Source: an uncultured archaeon (GTDB taxonomy: Archaea > Micrarchaeota > Micrarchaeia > Micrarchaeales > CABMGC01). Taken from it: 64,000 nt of DNA. Of the stretch, positions 9,397-17,768 are shown piece by piece. The stretch lies in NCBI GenBank assembly GCA_963787445.1, contig CAWBCT010000005.1:320001-384000 (forward strand), in the 5' to 3' direction. The translations under genes were made by a program, and so were the position numbers. The notes beneath the pieces are model-generated. The model did not search any database. It had not been told where the DNA came from and saw only the letters and a program-made list of their open reading frames with translations. Within the stretch, counting starts at the first letter, position 1; every line of letters begins with the position of its first letter.

Positions 9397-10140
9397 ATGT
9401 TTGAGCTTAAGATAGATAATGCGAAGTACTGGAAAGACTGCGTTGCGGCCATAGGGAGCCTGGTTGACGAAGGGCTTTTCATAATCACCAAGGAGGGAAT
9501 AGCCCTTAAGGCGATGGACCCCTCCAGCATCAGCATGATCTCGTTCTTCATGCCCAACAAGGCGTTCTCCAAGTTCAACATAGACAAGAACATGAACGTG
9601 GGCCTCAACATCGACAACCTGAACAAGATACTTTCAAGGACCAGGGACAACGAGTCGCTGGTCATGAAGGACACGGACAACAAGCTCTCGCTTGAGTTCG
9701 TGGGAGAGGGGAGCAAGAGAAGGTACAAGATGCAGCTTATTGACGTGAAGAAGAGCGTTGAGAAGGAGCCGAATGTCGAGTTCGATGCGCACGTCGAGAT
9801 AAACGGCGAGCCGTTCAAGGACATCATAAAGGACGCAAGCCTGATTTCATCCTACATCGGGTTCAAGGCCTCCAAGGAGCAGTTCTCAGTGAGCGCCAGG
9901 GGTGATTCTGGAGAGCTGGAGGAGCTCCATGAGGGAGACGGCAACATCGTCAAGAAGATAGACGCGAAGAAGGGCGCCGAGTCGACATTCAACCTCGAGT
10001 TCCTTGAGAACATGGTAAGGGGTTGCCCCATAGGCAGCAACATCTCCATCGCACTGAAGTCCAGCGAGCCGATGAAACTGAGATACAATATCGGGGACGC
10101 GGAACTCTCATACTTTTTGGCCCCGTACATGGAAGAGTAA
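9397..10140 (+). CDS. pcn: PCNA sliding clamp
   Basis: ALKAMDPSSISM, FNLEFL, YFLAPYMEE; 247 aa. Confidence 0.97.
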   Translation: MFELKIDNAKYWKDCVAAIGSLVDEGLFIITKEGIALKAMDPSSISMISFFMPNKAFSKFNIDKNMNVGLNIDNLNKILSRTRDNESLVMKDTDNKLSLEFVGEGSKRRYKMQLIDVKKSVEKEPNVEFDAHVEINGEPFKDIIKDASLISSYIGFKASKEQFSVSARGDSGELEELHEGDGNIVKKIDAKKGAESTFNLEFLENMVRGCPIGSNISIALKSSEPMKLRYNIGDAELSYFLAPYMEE

Positions 10141-10145
10141 CCCGG

Positions 10146-11279
10146 ATGGGCCGTTCCATGAAGACAATCAAGGAGGGTTCGGCAACAATAGCGCTGTCAG
10201 AGGACGTTTTCTACAATCCTAGGATGAAGGAGCTTAGGGACCTCTCCGTACTTTTTCTAAAAGCAGTTAAGGCAAAAGGTCGATTACTGGACGCGACCAG
10301 TGCAACAGGCATAAGGGGCATCAGATATGCAAAGGAGGTCGGAATGAAGGATGTGGTCTGCCTTGACATTAACGAGGCTGCTTACAAAAACATAAAGAGC
10401 AATGTGAAGAGGAACAGGCTTTCACTGAAAGTTGCAAACACAAGCATCCATGAGTTCACCGCGCAGGGCAGGCCGGACAACCTCTTTGATGTAATAGACC
10501 TGGACCCGTTCGGATCGCCGATGCCCTACCTGGATGACACGCTCAGAATGTCGAATGACGGCGCAATTTTGATGATCACCGCAACCGACACTGCAGTCTT
10601 GTGCGGCGCCCATACAAAGGCCTGCATAAAACTCTATGGTTCAAAGCCAATGCATAACGAATTGTGCAAGGAATCCGGGATAAGGATTCTGATAAACTAT
10701 GTGATACGCGCAGCAGCGCGGTTCAACTTCGGCGTGGAAGTTTTGCTGTCCGTGTCTGATAGGCACTATATGCGCATCTTTGTGAGAGTGAAGAAAGGTG
10801 CCGACGCCGCTGTGAATTCAATAAAAGAGTGTGGCTTTGCAACATTCTGTACAAAGTGCCATAGTTTCAGTTATGCTAAGGGCCTTGCCCCAATCTTAAT
10901 CAAGAATTGCACAAAATGCAAAGCGCATGTAGAGGGTTTTGGACCGATGTTCCTTGGCAGGCTGTATGATGGGGATTTGCTCAAGAAAATGGTGCATGAA
11001 AATGTAGGTACACCAGTTAAATTCCCTGAAGCAGGCAGACAGTTGCAACATATTTACAATGAATTTGATACTCATTTCTTTTACGCAATACCAAAGCTCA
11101 CTAGGAATCTAAAAATAAGTTCAGTGGGCACAGACAAACTTATTTCTGCCCTAGAAAAGAAGAAATTCAAAGCAACCAGAACGCAATTCAGCGTCGATGG
11201 GATAAAAACAGATGCGAGTTTGGACGTGATCCTTGGCTGTATAAAAGTATTGGGCAGAGAACAAAAAGCGAAAGAATAA
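10146..11279 (+). CDS. trm1: tRNA (guanine26-N2)-dimethyltransferase Trm1
   Basis: VFYNPRMKELRDLSV, SATGIRGIRYA, IDLDPFGS, TATDTAVLCG, Zn-ribbon CxxC pairs; start reassigned to ATG 10146 (or 10158). Confidence 0.95.
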   Translation: MGRSMKTIKEGSATIALSEDVFYNPRMKELRDLSVLFLKAVKAKGRLLDATSATGIRGIRYAKEVGMKDVVCLDINEAAYKNIKSNVKRNRLSLKVANTSIHEFTAQGRPDNLFDVIDLDPFGSPMPYLDDTLRMSNDGAILMITATDTAVLCGAHTKACIKLYGSKPMHNELCKESGIRILINYVIRAAARFNFGVEVLLSVSDRHYMRIFVRVKKGADAAVNSIKECGFATFCTKCHSFSYAKGLAPILIKNCTKCKAHVEGFGPMFLGRLYDGDLLKKMVHENVGTPVKFPEAGRQLQHIYNEFDTHFFYAIPKLTRNLKISSVGTDKLISALEKKKFKATRTQFSVDGIKTDASLDVILGCIKVLGREQKAKE

Positions 11280-11461
11280 ATATGGCTATCCGGGTTTCTT
11301 TTATCAACATATATTTTCTCGTAAATTTGGATTAAATCGACGACAAGATCGCGGGGTATCTTTTCTGATATCGCTTTACTAATTTCAAAATGGAGTGTTT
11401 AAAAAGACTAGTGTCCAATAAACAATTCGCTGAATTTCAAAAAGGGGAAAAATAGCTTATT

Positions 11462-14404
11462 GTGGTGGTTTGGGTGGATGAGGACGTGCATGCTGGTGGG
11501 TTTAAAACAGTCAAGAAGAGAGACGGCTCGGTGGTCGACTTTGATGAACAGAAGATCAAGGACGCTATCGGGAAGGCGATAACAGCTACGAGGGGGAGCA
11601 CCGACAACGTGGACCTCGGCGGGCTCACAGAGCACGTGATTAAGGGGATAGAAAACAGGTACGCAGGCTACAAGACCCCTGACGTTGAGGGAATACAGGA
11701 CATAGTGGAGAGGACCCTGATGGAGTTCGGGCTTTACGATGTCTCGAGGTCTTACATACTTTACAGGGAAAGGCACCGCGAGCTTCGCGAGACGCAGCAG
11801 CGGGAGATACTTCAAAAGATAGAGAAGGGGCAGATACAGGTCATCAAGAGGGACATGAAGAAGGAGGCGTTCGACAAGAACAAGCTGAAGGCTTACATAG
11901 CCCGTGCCTGCAGGGGATACGAGGGGATGGTTAACGTTGATGAGCTCGTCAGGCAGTGTGAAGTTGGCGCGCATGAAGGAATGAGCACCGCTGACATTGC
12001 GAAGCTTGCAATACTTTCATCAAGGACATTCATAGAGTTTGAGCCAAATGCCTACTCAATGGTGACATCAAGACTCTTCCTCTCGGCGCTTTACAAGGAG
12101 GCTCTTTCAATACCGTTCACCCCAGGCAACGTGAACCAATCGTATAAGGTCTCGTTCCCAAAGAGCGTAGAGGTCGGCGTGAAGCAGGGGATACTTGACC
12201 CGGAGATGCTCAATTTTGACCTGCAGAGGCTCGCCCAGGCACTCAACATAGGCCGCGACGAGCTGGTCACCTACAGGGGGCTTCAGACCCTTTACGACAG
12301 ATACTTCATCAGGGACAGGACAAGGGACGTCCCTATCGAGACCCCTCAGTTCTTCTGGATGAGAGTGGCGATGGGGCTCTCGATCAGGGAGAAGGACAGG
12401 GAAGCCAGCGCGATACGGTTCTATGAGGTCCTTTCGACCCTCAGATTCGTCTCTTCCACCCCGACGCTGTTCCATTCGGGCATGACGAGGCCGCAGCTAA
12501 GCTCGTGCTACCTGACAACGGTCGAGGACTCGCTTGACCATATCTTCAAGTGTATTGGAGACAATGCGCAGCTGTCAAAGTGGTCAGGAGGGCTAGGAAA
12601 CGACTGGACAAACCTGCGCGCAATGGGCGCCAACATAAAGGGAACAGGGGTTGAGAGCCAGGGCGTAGTCCCATTCCTGAAGATAGCAAATGATACTACA
12701 GTCGCTATAAACAGAAGCGGCAAGAGGCGTGGCGCAACCTGTGCATACCTCGAGACATGGCACATGGACATAGAGGACTTTTTGGACCTACGCAAGACGA
12801 CCGGTGACGAAAGAAGACGCACGCAGGACATGGACACCGCGAACTGGATACCAGACCTGTTCATGAAGCGCGTGATTGCCGATGGGGACTGGACACTCTT
12901 CTCTCCAGACGAGGTGCCCGAGCTGCACCATATTTATGGGAGGGCTTTTGAGGCCAAGTACGCAGAGTACGAAGAGAAGGCCAGGAAGGGAGAGATAAAA
13001 ATGTTCAAGGTCATCAAGGCCCAGGCGCTCTGGAGGAAGATGATAACCTCCCTGTTCGAGACTTCACACCCGTGGATGGTATTCAAGGACCCGGCGAATG
13101 TGCGCTCCCCGCAGGACCACGTAGGTGTGGTTCACAGCTCAAACCTCTGCACAGAGATAACGCTTAACACCTCAAAGACGGAGACGGCGGTCTGCAACCT
13201 CGGCTCGGTCAACCTGGTAAAGCATGTAAAGGCGGGCAAGCTGGACAAGGAGCTGATAAAGGATACGGTCACCACTGCGATGAGAATGCTCGACAATGTG
13301 ATAGACATCTGCTTCTACCCGACCCAGGAGGCGAAGTACTCAAACTTCAAGCACAGGCCGGTAGGACTGGGGATAATGGGCTTCCAGGACGCACTTTACC
13401 TGATGGACCTCAAGTTCGACTCGGAGGAGGCTGTACGCTTCGCCGATGAGAGCATGGAGATCATCTCCTACTGGGCGATACTCGGCTCGACAGAGCTTGC
13501 AAAAGAGCGCGGAGCCTATGAGACCTTCAAGGGCTCAAAGTGGGACCGTGACATTCTTCCGTTGGACACGCTGGGCCTGCTCGAAACCGAGCGCGGGATG
13601 GAGATAAACGTCAACAAGGGGTCGCAGCTCGATTGGACGCCTGTCCGTGAGGCGATAAAGCAGCATGGGATGAGGAACTCGAACTGCATGGCAATTGCTC
13701 CAACAGCAACAATCTCGAACATAGCAGACGCCTTCCCATCAATAGAGCCTATTTACAAGAACATTTATGTGAAGTCCAACATGAGCGGAGAGTTCACGGT
13801 CATAAATCGCTTCCTCATAGACGATCTTAAGAGATTGGGCATCTGGAACAGGACGATGCTTGAGAAGATCAAGGAGGGAGACGGGAACATCCAGAACATA
13901 CAGATAATACCGAAGGCGATACGCGAGAAGTACAAGGAGGCGTTCGACATTGACCCGGAATGGATGATCCGCCAGGCGGCGGCAAGGGGCAAGTGGATCG
14001 ACCAGAGCCAATCGCTGAACATCTTCACGGCAACGAACTCAGGAAAGAGGTTGGCGGAGATCTACACCTACGCCTGGAAGATGGGTCTGAAGAGCACTTA
14101 CTACCTGAGGACAATGGCGGCAACTTCGGTGGAGAAGAGCACCCTGGAGATAACGAACAAGGTGAAGGTCGGCGCTGCTGAGTCGGTAGTGGCGATGGCA
14201 GCAGACCGGGTTGCTGCAGAACCAGTTCCAGTAAAGGCGGCGCAGAAAGTCGAGGCAGCTCCTGAAAATGTGAGGGAGGTCAGCAGTGGAAGCAATGTTG
14301 TCCAGATGCAGGTCGAGCCGCAGCAGGAGGAAGCGGTGGGCAAGGTCTGCAAGGTGGACGGGCATGGGATGAGCGAGGACGAGAACTGCGAGGCCTGCCA
14401 GTAA
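11462..14404 (+). CDS. nrdA: Ribonucleoside-diphosphate reductase alpha subunit (class I) with two N-terminal ATP cones
   Basis: VKKRDG and VIKRD cone starts, STPTLF, SSCYL, SSNLCTEI, VCNLGS, APTATIS, TYYLR, C-terminal CEACQ; likely start GTG 11474. Confidence 0.96.
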   Translation: MVVWVDEDVHAGGFKTVKKRDGSVVDFDEQKIKDAIGKAITATRGSTDNVDLGGLTEHVIKGIENRYAGYKTPDVEGIQDIVERTLMEFGLYDVSRSYILYRERHRELRETQQREILQKIEKGQIQVIKRDMKKEAFDKNKLKAYIARACRGYEGMVNVDELVRQCEVGAHEGMSTADIAKLAILSSRTFIEFEPNAYSMVTSRLFLSALYKEALSIPFTPGNVNQSYKVSFPKSVEVGVKQGILDPEMLNFDLQRLAQALNIGRDELVTYRGLQTLYDRYFIRDRTRDVPIETPQFFWMRVAMGLSIREKDREASAIRFYEVLSTLRFVSSTPTLFHSGMTRPQLSSCYLTTVEDSLDHIFKCIGDNAQLSKWSGGLGNDWTNLRAMGANIKGTGVESQGVVPFLKIANDTTVAINRSGKRRGATCAYLETWHMDIEDFLDLRKTTGDERRRTQDMDTANWIPDLFMKRVIADGDWTLFSPDEVPELHHIYGRAFEAKYAEYEEKARKGEIKMFKVIKAQALWRKMITSLFETSHPWMVFKDPANVRSPQDHVGVVHSSNLCTEITLNTSKTETAVCNLGSVNLVKHVKAGKLDKELIKDTVTTAMRMLDNVIDICFYPTQEAKYSNFKHRPVGLGIMGFQDALYLMDLKFDSEEAVRFADESMEIISYWAILGSTELAKERGAYETFKGSKWDRDILPLDTLGLLETERGMEINVNKGSQLDWTPVREAIKQHGMRNSNCMAIAPTATISNIADAFPSIEPIYKNIYVKSNMSGEFTVINRFLIDDLKRLGIWNRTMLEKIKEGDGNIQNIQIIPKAIREKYKEAFDIDPEWMIRQAAARGKWIDQSQSLNIFTATNSGKRLAEIYTYAWKMGLKSTYYLRTMAATSVEKSTLEITNKVKVGAAESVVAMAADRVAAEPVPVKAAQKVEAAPENVREVSSGSNVVQMQVEPQQEEAVGKVCKVDGHGMSEDENCEACQ

Positions 14405-14452
14405 TAAGTTTTATTCAGAAGCGTTAAAAGATTTTAGCAACTAGTGTTATAC

Positions 14453-15454
14453 ATGGCAAAGCAGATACTCAACGCCTCGGAAGTGGACCCGAACAAGATA
14501 CTTCCAATAAAGTACGACTGGGCTAGAATGCACTACAAGTCCGGGGTCGCCAACAACTGGGTCCCTGACGAGATACCCATGCAGCAGGACATCGAGCTCT
14601 GGAAGAAGAAGGACGGGCTGAGCGACGATGAGAGGCGCATGATAATGTGGAATCTTGGCTTCTTCTCAACCGCAGAGAGCCTCACGGCGAACAACATCGT
14701 CCTCTCGGTCTACAAACACATAACCAACCCCGAGGCACGCCAATATCTTCTAAGACAGGCCTACGAGGAGGCTGTGCACACGGAGACCTTCCTTTACTGC
14801 TGCGACTCCCTGGGACTAAACCCGGAGGAGGTCTACAATATGTACATGACGATTCCAAGCATCAAGGCGAAGGATGACTACGTTGTGGACCTGACAAAAT
14901 CCATACTTGACCCGAATTTCAGCACCGTAGGAGATGAAAACATTAAGAGATTCGTCTACGACCTGGTCGGCTATTATGTGATCATGGAGGGGATCTTCTT
15001 CTACGCCGGGTTCGCCATGATGCTTTCGCTCCTTAGAAGCAACAGAATGGTCGGGGTGGGAGAGCAGTTCCAGTACATACTTCGCGATGAGACAGTTCAC
15101 CTGGCCTTCGGCGCAGACCTCATCAACACGATAGTAGCAGAGAACCCGCAGATCTGGACAGAGAAGTTCAAGCAGGAGCTCACCGACTCGATAAAGAAAG
15201 GCGTTGATCTTGAGGTAATGTACGCAAGGGATGCGTTGCCTAGGGGAATTCTTGGCCTTAACGCAGAGATGGTCAAGCAGTACATGGAATACATTGGAGA
15301 CAGGAGGCTTGAGCGCATCGGACTTAAGCGCCTTTACAACGCCGAGACCCCGTTCCCCTGGATGAGCGAGATAGTTGACCTTAAGAAAGAGAAGAACTTC
15401 TTCGAGACCCGCGTTACCGAGTATAAACAACGTGGAGATCTTTCTTGGGAGTAA
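14453..15454 (+). CDS. nrdB: Ribonucleotide reductase beta subunit, class Ic (Mn/Fe R2c) signature
   Basis: FFSTAESL (Glu), EEAVHTETF (Phe at the radical-Tyr position), MEGIFFY, RDETVH, NFFETRVTEY. Confidence 0.93.
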   Translation: MAKQILNASEVDPNKILPIKYDWARMHYKSGVANNWVPDEIPMQQDIELWKKKDGLSDDERRMIMWNLGFFSTAESLTANNIVLSVYKHITNPEARQYLLRQAYEEAVHTETFLYCCDSLGLNPEEVYNMYMTIPSIKAKDDYVVDLTKSILDPNFSTVGDENIKRFVYDLVGYYVIMEGIFFYAGFAMMLSLLRSNRMVGVGEQFQYILRDETVHLAFGADLINTIVAENPQIWTEKFKQELTDSIKKGVDLEVMYARDALPRGILGLNAEMVKQYMEYIGDRRLERIGLKRLYNAETPFPWMSEIVDLKKEKNFFETRVTEYKQRGDLSWE

Positions 15455-15458
15455 TAAT

Positions 15459-15806
15459 TTATTTGGATCTGTAGATTCTCTCGCTGCGCTTGAATGGAGG
15501 ATAGGATATGGCAAGTAGGGTAAGCCCTGAAAGGTTTCTGTAGGGTGTTCCTTTAGGTATTATTATCCAATCACCCTTCTTTACCTGGTGTTTTTTGCCA
15601 TTGATTATTGAAGTGCCTTCTCCTTCAAGAATGTAGTAGGCAACATTGCTTACCTTGTCAATTCCTTGCTTGCCGGAATCAACGTTGAATTTTTTAACTT
15701 GGGCTATGCTAAATGGCCAATCATTTGCATTTATTATGTCGGTAACAAGTTTGTCCTGAAACTGTTTCGACTTTAGCTCTGACGTTCGGATTATCTTGGC
15801 TTTTAT
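15459..15806 (-). CDS. Cupin-domain protein, apparent ATA start, missing from the ORF track
   Basis: Open 116-codon frame: IKAKIIRTSEL...AYYILEGEGTSIINGKKHQVKKGDWIIIPKGTPY...LLAISYPPF; ATA follows an in-frame TAA and an RBS-like GTGAT. Confidence 0.8.
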   Translation of the reverse strand: MKAKIIRTSELKSKQFQDKLVTDIINANDWPFSIAQVKKFNVDSGKQGIDKVSNVAYYILEGEGTSIINGKKHQVKKGDWIIIPKGTPYRNLSGLTLLAISYPPFKRSERIYRSK

Positions 15807-15814
15807 TTAATCAC

Positions 15815-16054
15815 TTATTCTCTACCAACTACTACGTTTTCAGAAATCTTCTTGACGCGCTTGAATGCAACGCTTCCCTTCTGGAGATCAACGCGGGGGT
15901 TGGTGCTCCTTATGAGCCTTTCAGCATCGGTCAGAAGCAGGTGAGATACGGCCCCGTCTTCGAGGTTTATCATTATGCCCTTAACTTCGCCGACTATGTT
16001 TCCCTCATTAGAAATAATCTTCTTCCCATAAAGTTCAGAAATCATTACGCCCAC
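15815..16054 (-). CDS. PRC-barrel domain protein
   Basis: ISELYGKKIISNEGNIVGEVKGIMINLEDGAV...VKKISENVVV. Confidence 0.85.
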   Translation of the reverse strand: MGVMISELYGKKIISNEGNIVGEVKGIMINLEDGAVSHLLLTDAERLIRSTNPRVDLQKGSVAFKRVKKISENVVVGRE

Positions 16055-16058
16055 AAAA

Positions 16059-16607
16059 TCACTCGTTTATTACAATCTTATGTATCCTTTTGGAAGCAAA
16101 TATTCTTATTATGTACTCATTAAGGGTGTTTATGAAGGTCTCTCTGTCTTTCCTGAGTTCCTCAAGCTCTTTTTCGTCAAAAAGTTCCGCTTTCCTATCC
16201 ACAAGGCGCTCAAGGTAGGTTCGCGTGATGGAATAGAAGCGCTTGTCGCACTTTGTGCACCTGAAGATCGGCGCCACCGGAACCTCCTCTATGAGCTCCG
16301 GTTCGACAAAATCCAGTTCCCTGATCAGTTTGGCCCCACAGGTTGGGCAACCAACTGAGAGCGTAGTGCGCGGCAGCTCTTTTGTGGGAACCAGCTTGAA
16401 GTTGGTGCCCATTAATTTGCTTATCGCCTGCTCTGGCGTGGAGGTTTTCAGATATTCCTGGTCAAGAACGCCCTTTTTGGGGTCCAGTTCCGTCACAAGC
16501 ACGCCGCTCGCTGTCTTCTCGAAGATGAAACTGCTGGGAAAAGAGCCTCCGGCATCCGCTTTGTACCTGTTTCGTCTTACCAGGATCGTCCGCTCTTCTT
16601 TACTCAT
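16059..16607 (-). CDS. Hypothetical Zn-ribbon protein
   Basis: CPTCG...CTKCD; overlaps the end of the histone-fold gene by 8 nt. Confidence 0.7.
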   Translation of the reverse strand: MSKEERTILVRRNRYKADAGGSFPSSFIFEKTASGVLVTELDPKKGVLDQEYLKTSTPEQAISKLMGTNFKLVPTKELPRTTLSVGCPTCGAKLIRELDFVEPELIEEVPVAPIFRCTKCDKRFYSITRTYLERLVDRKAELFDEKELEELRKDRETFINTLNEYIIRIFASKRIHKIVINE

Positions 16608-16815
16608 CCAAGCCCTTTATTAGGTACTCCTTTATGTCGTCCTTGGTTACCTTCTCGCGGCCCTTGCTCTTCGCGTTGCGCACCGCAAAGCCTGCGATGT
16701 CCTTCGCCTTCTTCTCTATTATCCGGGCGAGCTCGTTTGCTCCGTCCTCCGTTATGTTGGCCCCGTAGTAACGCTTCACGAGCGTCTTGATGGAACTTTT
16801 GGGTATGTTGGCCAT
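16600..16815 (-). CDS. Archaeal histone-fold protein
   Basis: IPKSSIKTLVK, ITEDGANELARIIE, AVRNAKSKGREKVTKDDI match the HMf-type histone-fold pattern. Confidence 0.85.
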   Translation of the reverse strand: MANIPKSSIKTLVKRYYGANITEDGANELARIIEKKAKDIAGFAVRNAKSKGREKVTKDDIKEYLIKGLDE

Positions 16816-16817
16816 CG

Positions 16818-16870
16818 AAATCAGTACTCAAGATCCTCATCACCAAGTCAGAGATTGAGATCATCACACA
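16818..16870 (-). ncRNA. Box C/D methylation-guide sRNA (twin guide)
   Basis: Minus strand: C GTGATGA (16867-61), guide TCTCAATCT, D' CTGA, C' GTGATGA, guide GGATCTTGAGTA, D CTGA (16824-21); TATAAATA about 25 nt upstream. Confidence 0.88.
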
Positions 16871-16890
16871 AGGGTAATGATTCGTTTGCT

Positions 16891-16898
16891 TATTTATA
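16891..16898 (-). promoter_or_regulatory. TATA box for the sRNA/histone transcript
   Basis: TATAAATA on the minus strand at canonical spacing from box C. Confidence 0.6.
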
Positions 16899-16932
16899 CT
16901 TGATTGTGGGCTGCCGTTGCCCCAGAAGCAGA

Positions 16933-17682
16933 TTACTCGCTGTTGTTCTTCTTTTCCTCCTTCTTGTCCTTTATTATCGCCATGTCGTACAGGCTGGTCT
17001 CGATGGGTGTTGGTTCTGAGTGCTGCTTCTTCTGTATGGGCGCGCGCTTTCTGGACTCCCCTCCTATCTGGCGAAGCTCCCCGTACAGGGTATCCAGCTT
17101 CTTCTCTATCTCCTCCAACGCCTTGCTGCTCTCCTCTATCTTCTTGTTCAGCTCGTTAATGTCATTCTCCAGGAACTCGGCCTTGCGGCGGGTCCTGTAG
17201 CTCTTTATCGCCTCCTCCAGCTCTGCATCGATCGCATTCTTCTTGCGTATGAGGTCCTTCTCCGCATCGAGCGTGAATGCCTCGGTCGCTATGCGGAACT
17301 CTATCTGTTCCTTCCTCCTGCGCAGGTAGCCTATGTTCTTGGTTGATTTCTTCCCGGCATTGGCGTTCTTGATTGCAGCCTCCTTCTCTGACATTTTGTA
17401 GGCGAGCCGGCGCTTGCACCCCCTTATGTCGTTGAATATGACCGACTTCTTCTTCCTCTCCTCCTCGATGGCTATTGCGAGCTCTTTCTGGCGGGGCGTG
17501 GCGTTGTCAGGAAGCTTCACGCTGAAGTCCATGGGCTTATGTTCGGTGTGATGCTGCGGCCTCCCTTCCTGCTTTGCAGGGGCTTTGGCAACTGCAGGCT
17601 TGCTGGCAGGCACCTCCTTTGCCTTCTTCTCCGGGCTCTGCTCAACAGTATTAATTGCTTGATTTTTCTTTTCTTCTTCCAG
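16933..17682 (-). CDS. Archaeal coiled-coil protein, probable CTG start
   Basis: LRRRKEQIEFRIATEAFTLDAEKDLIRK coiled-coil motif; the frame extends past the tracked GTG (17613) to CTG 17682 behind RBS-like AGGCGAT. Confidence 0.7.
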   Translation of the reverse strand: MEEEKKNQAINTVEQSPEKKAKEVPASKPAVAKAPAKQEGRPQHHTEHKPMDFSVKLPDNATPRQKELAIAIEEERKKKSVIFNDIRGCKRRLAYKMSEKEAAIKNANAGKKSTKNIGYLRRRKEQIEFRIATEAFTLDAEKDLIRKKNAIDAELEEAIKSYRTRRKAEFLENDINELNKKIEESSKALEEIEKKLDTLYGELRQIGGESRKRAPIQKKQHSEPTPIETSLYDMAIIKDKKEEKKNNSE

Positions 17683-17768
17683 TGTATCGCCTTTCCGTTA
17701 ACTCGTTTCCTTAGCCTTATGGTTTGATAGTATTCTTTGCACGATGTATTTAGACTTGCGCTATAGCG

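Noticed and set aside
10023..10145. N-terminal extension of Trm1 overlapping PCNA
   Set aside because: Upstream TTG lies inside pcn; similarity begins after ATG 10146/10158
11280..11461. NrdR box or riboswitch upstream of nrdA
   Set aside because: No convincing palindromic NrdR consensus or recognisable structure
14816..15514. 232-aa minus-strand ORF and other long antisense ORFs over core genes
   Set aside because: Shadow frames of well-supported genes with no recognisable motifs
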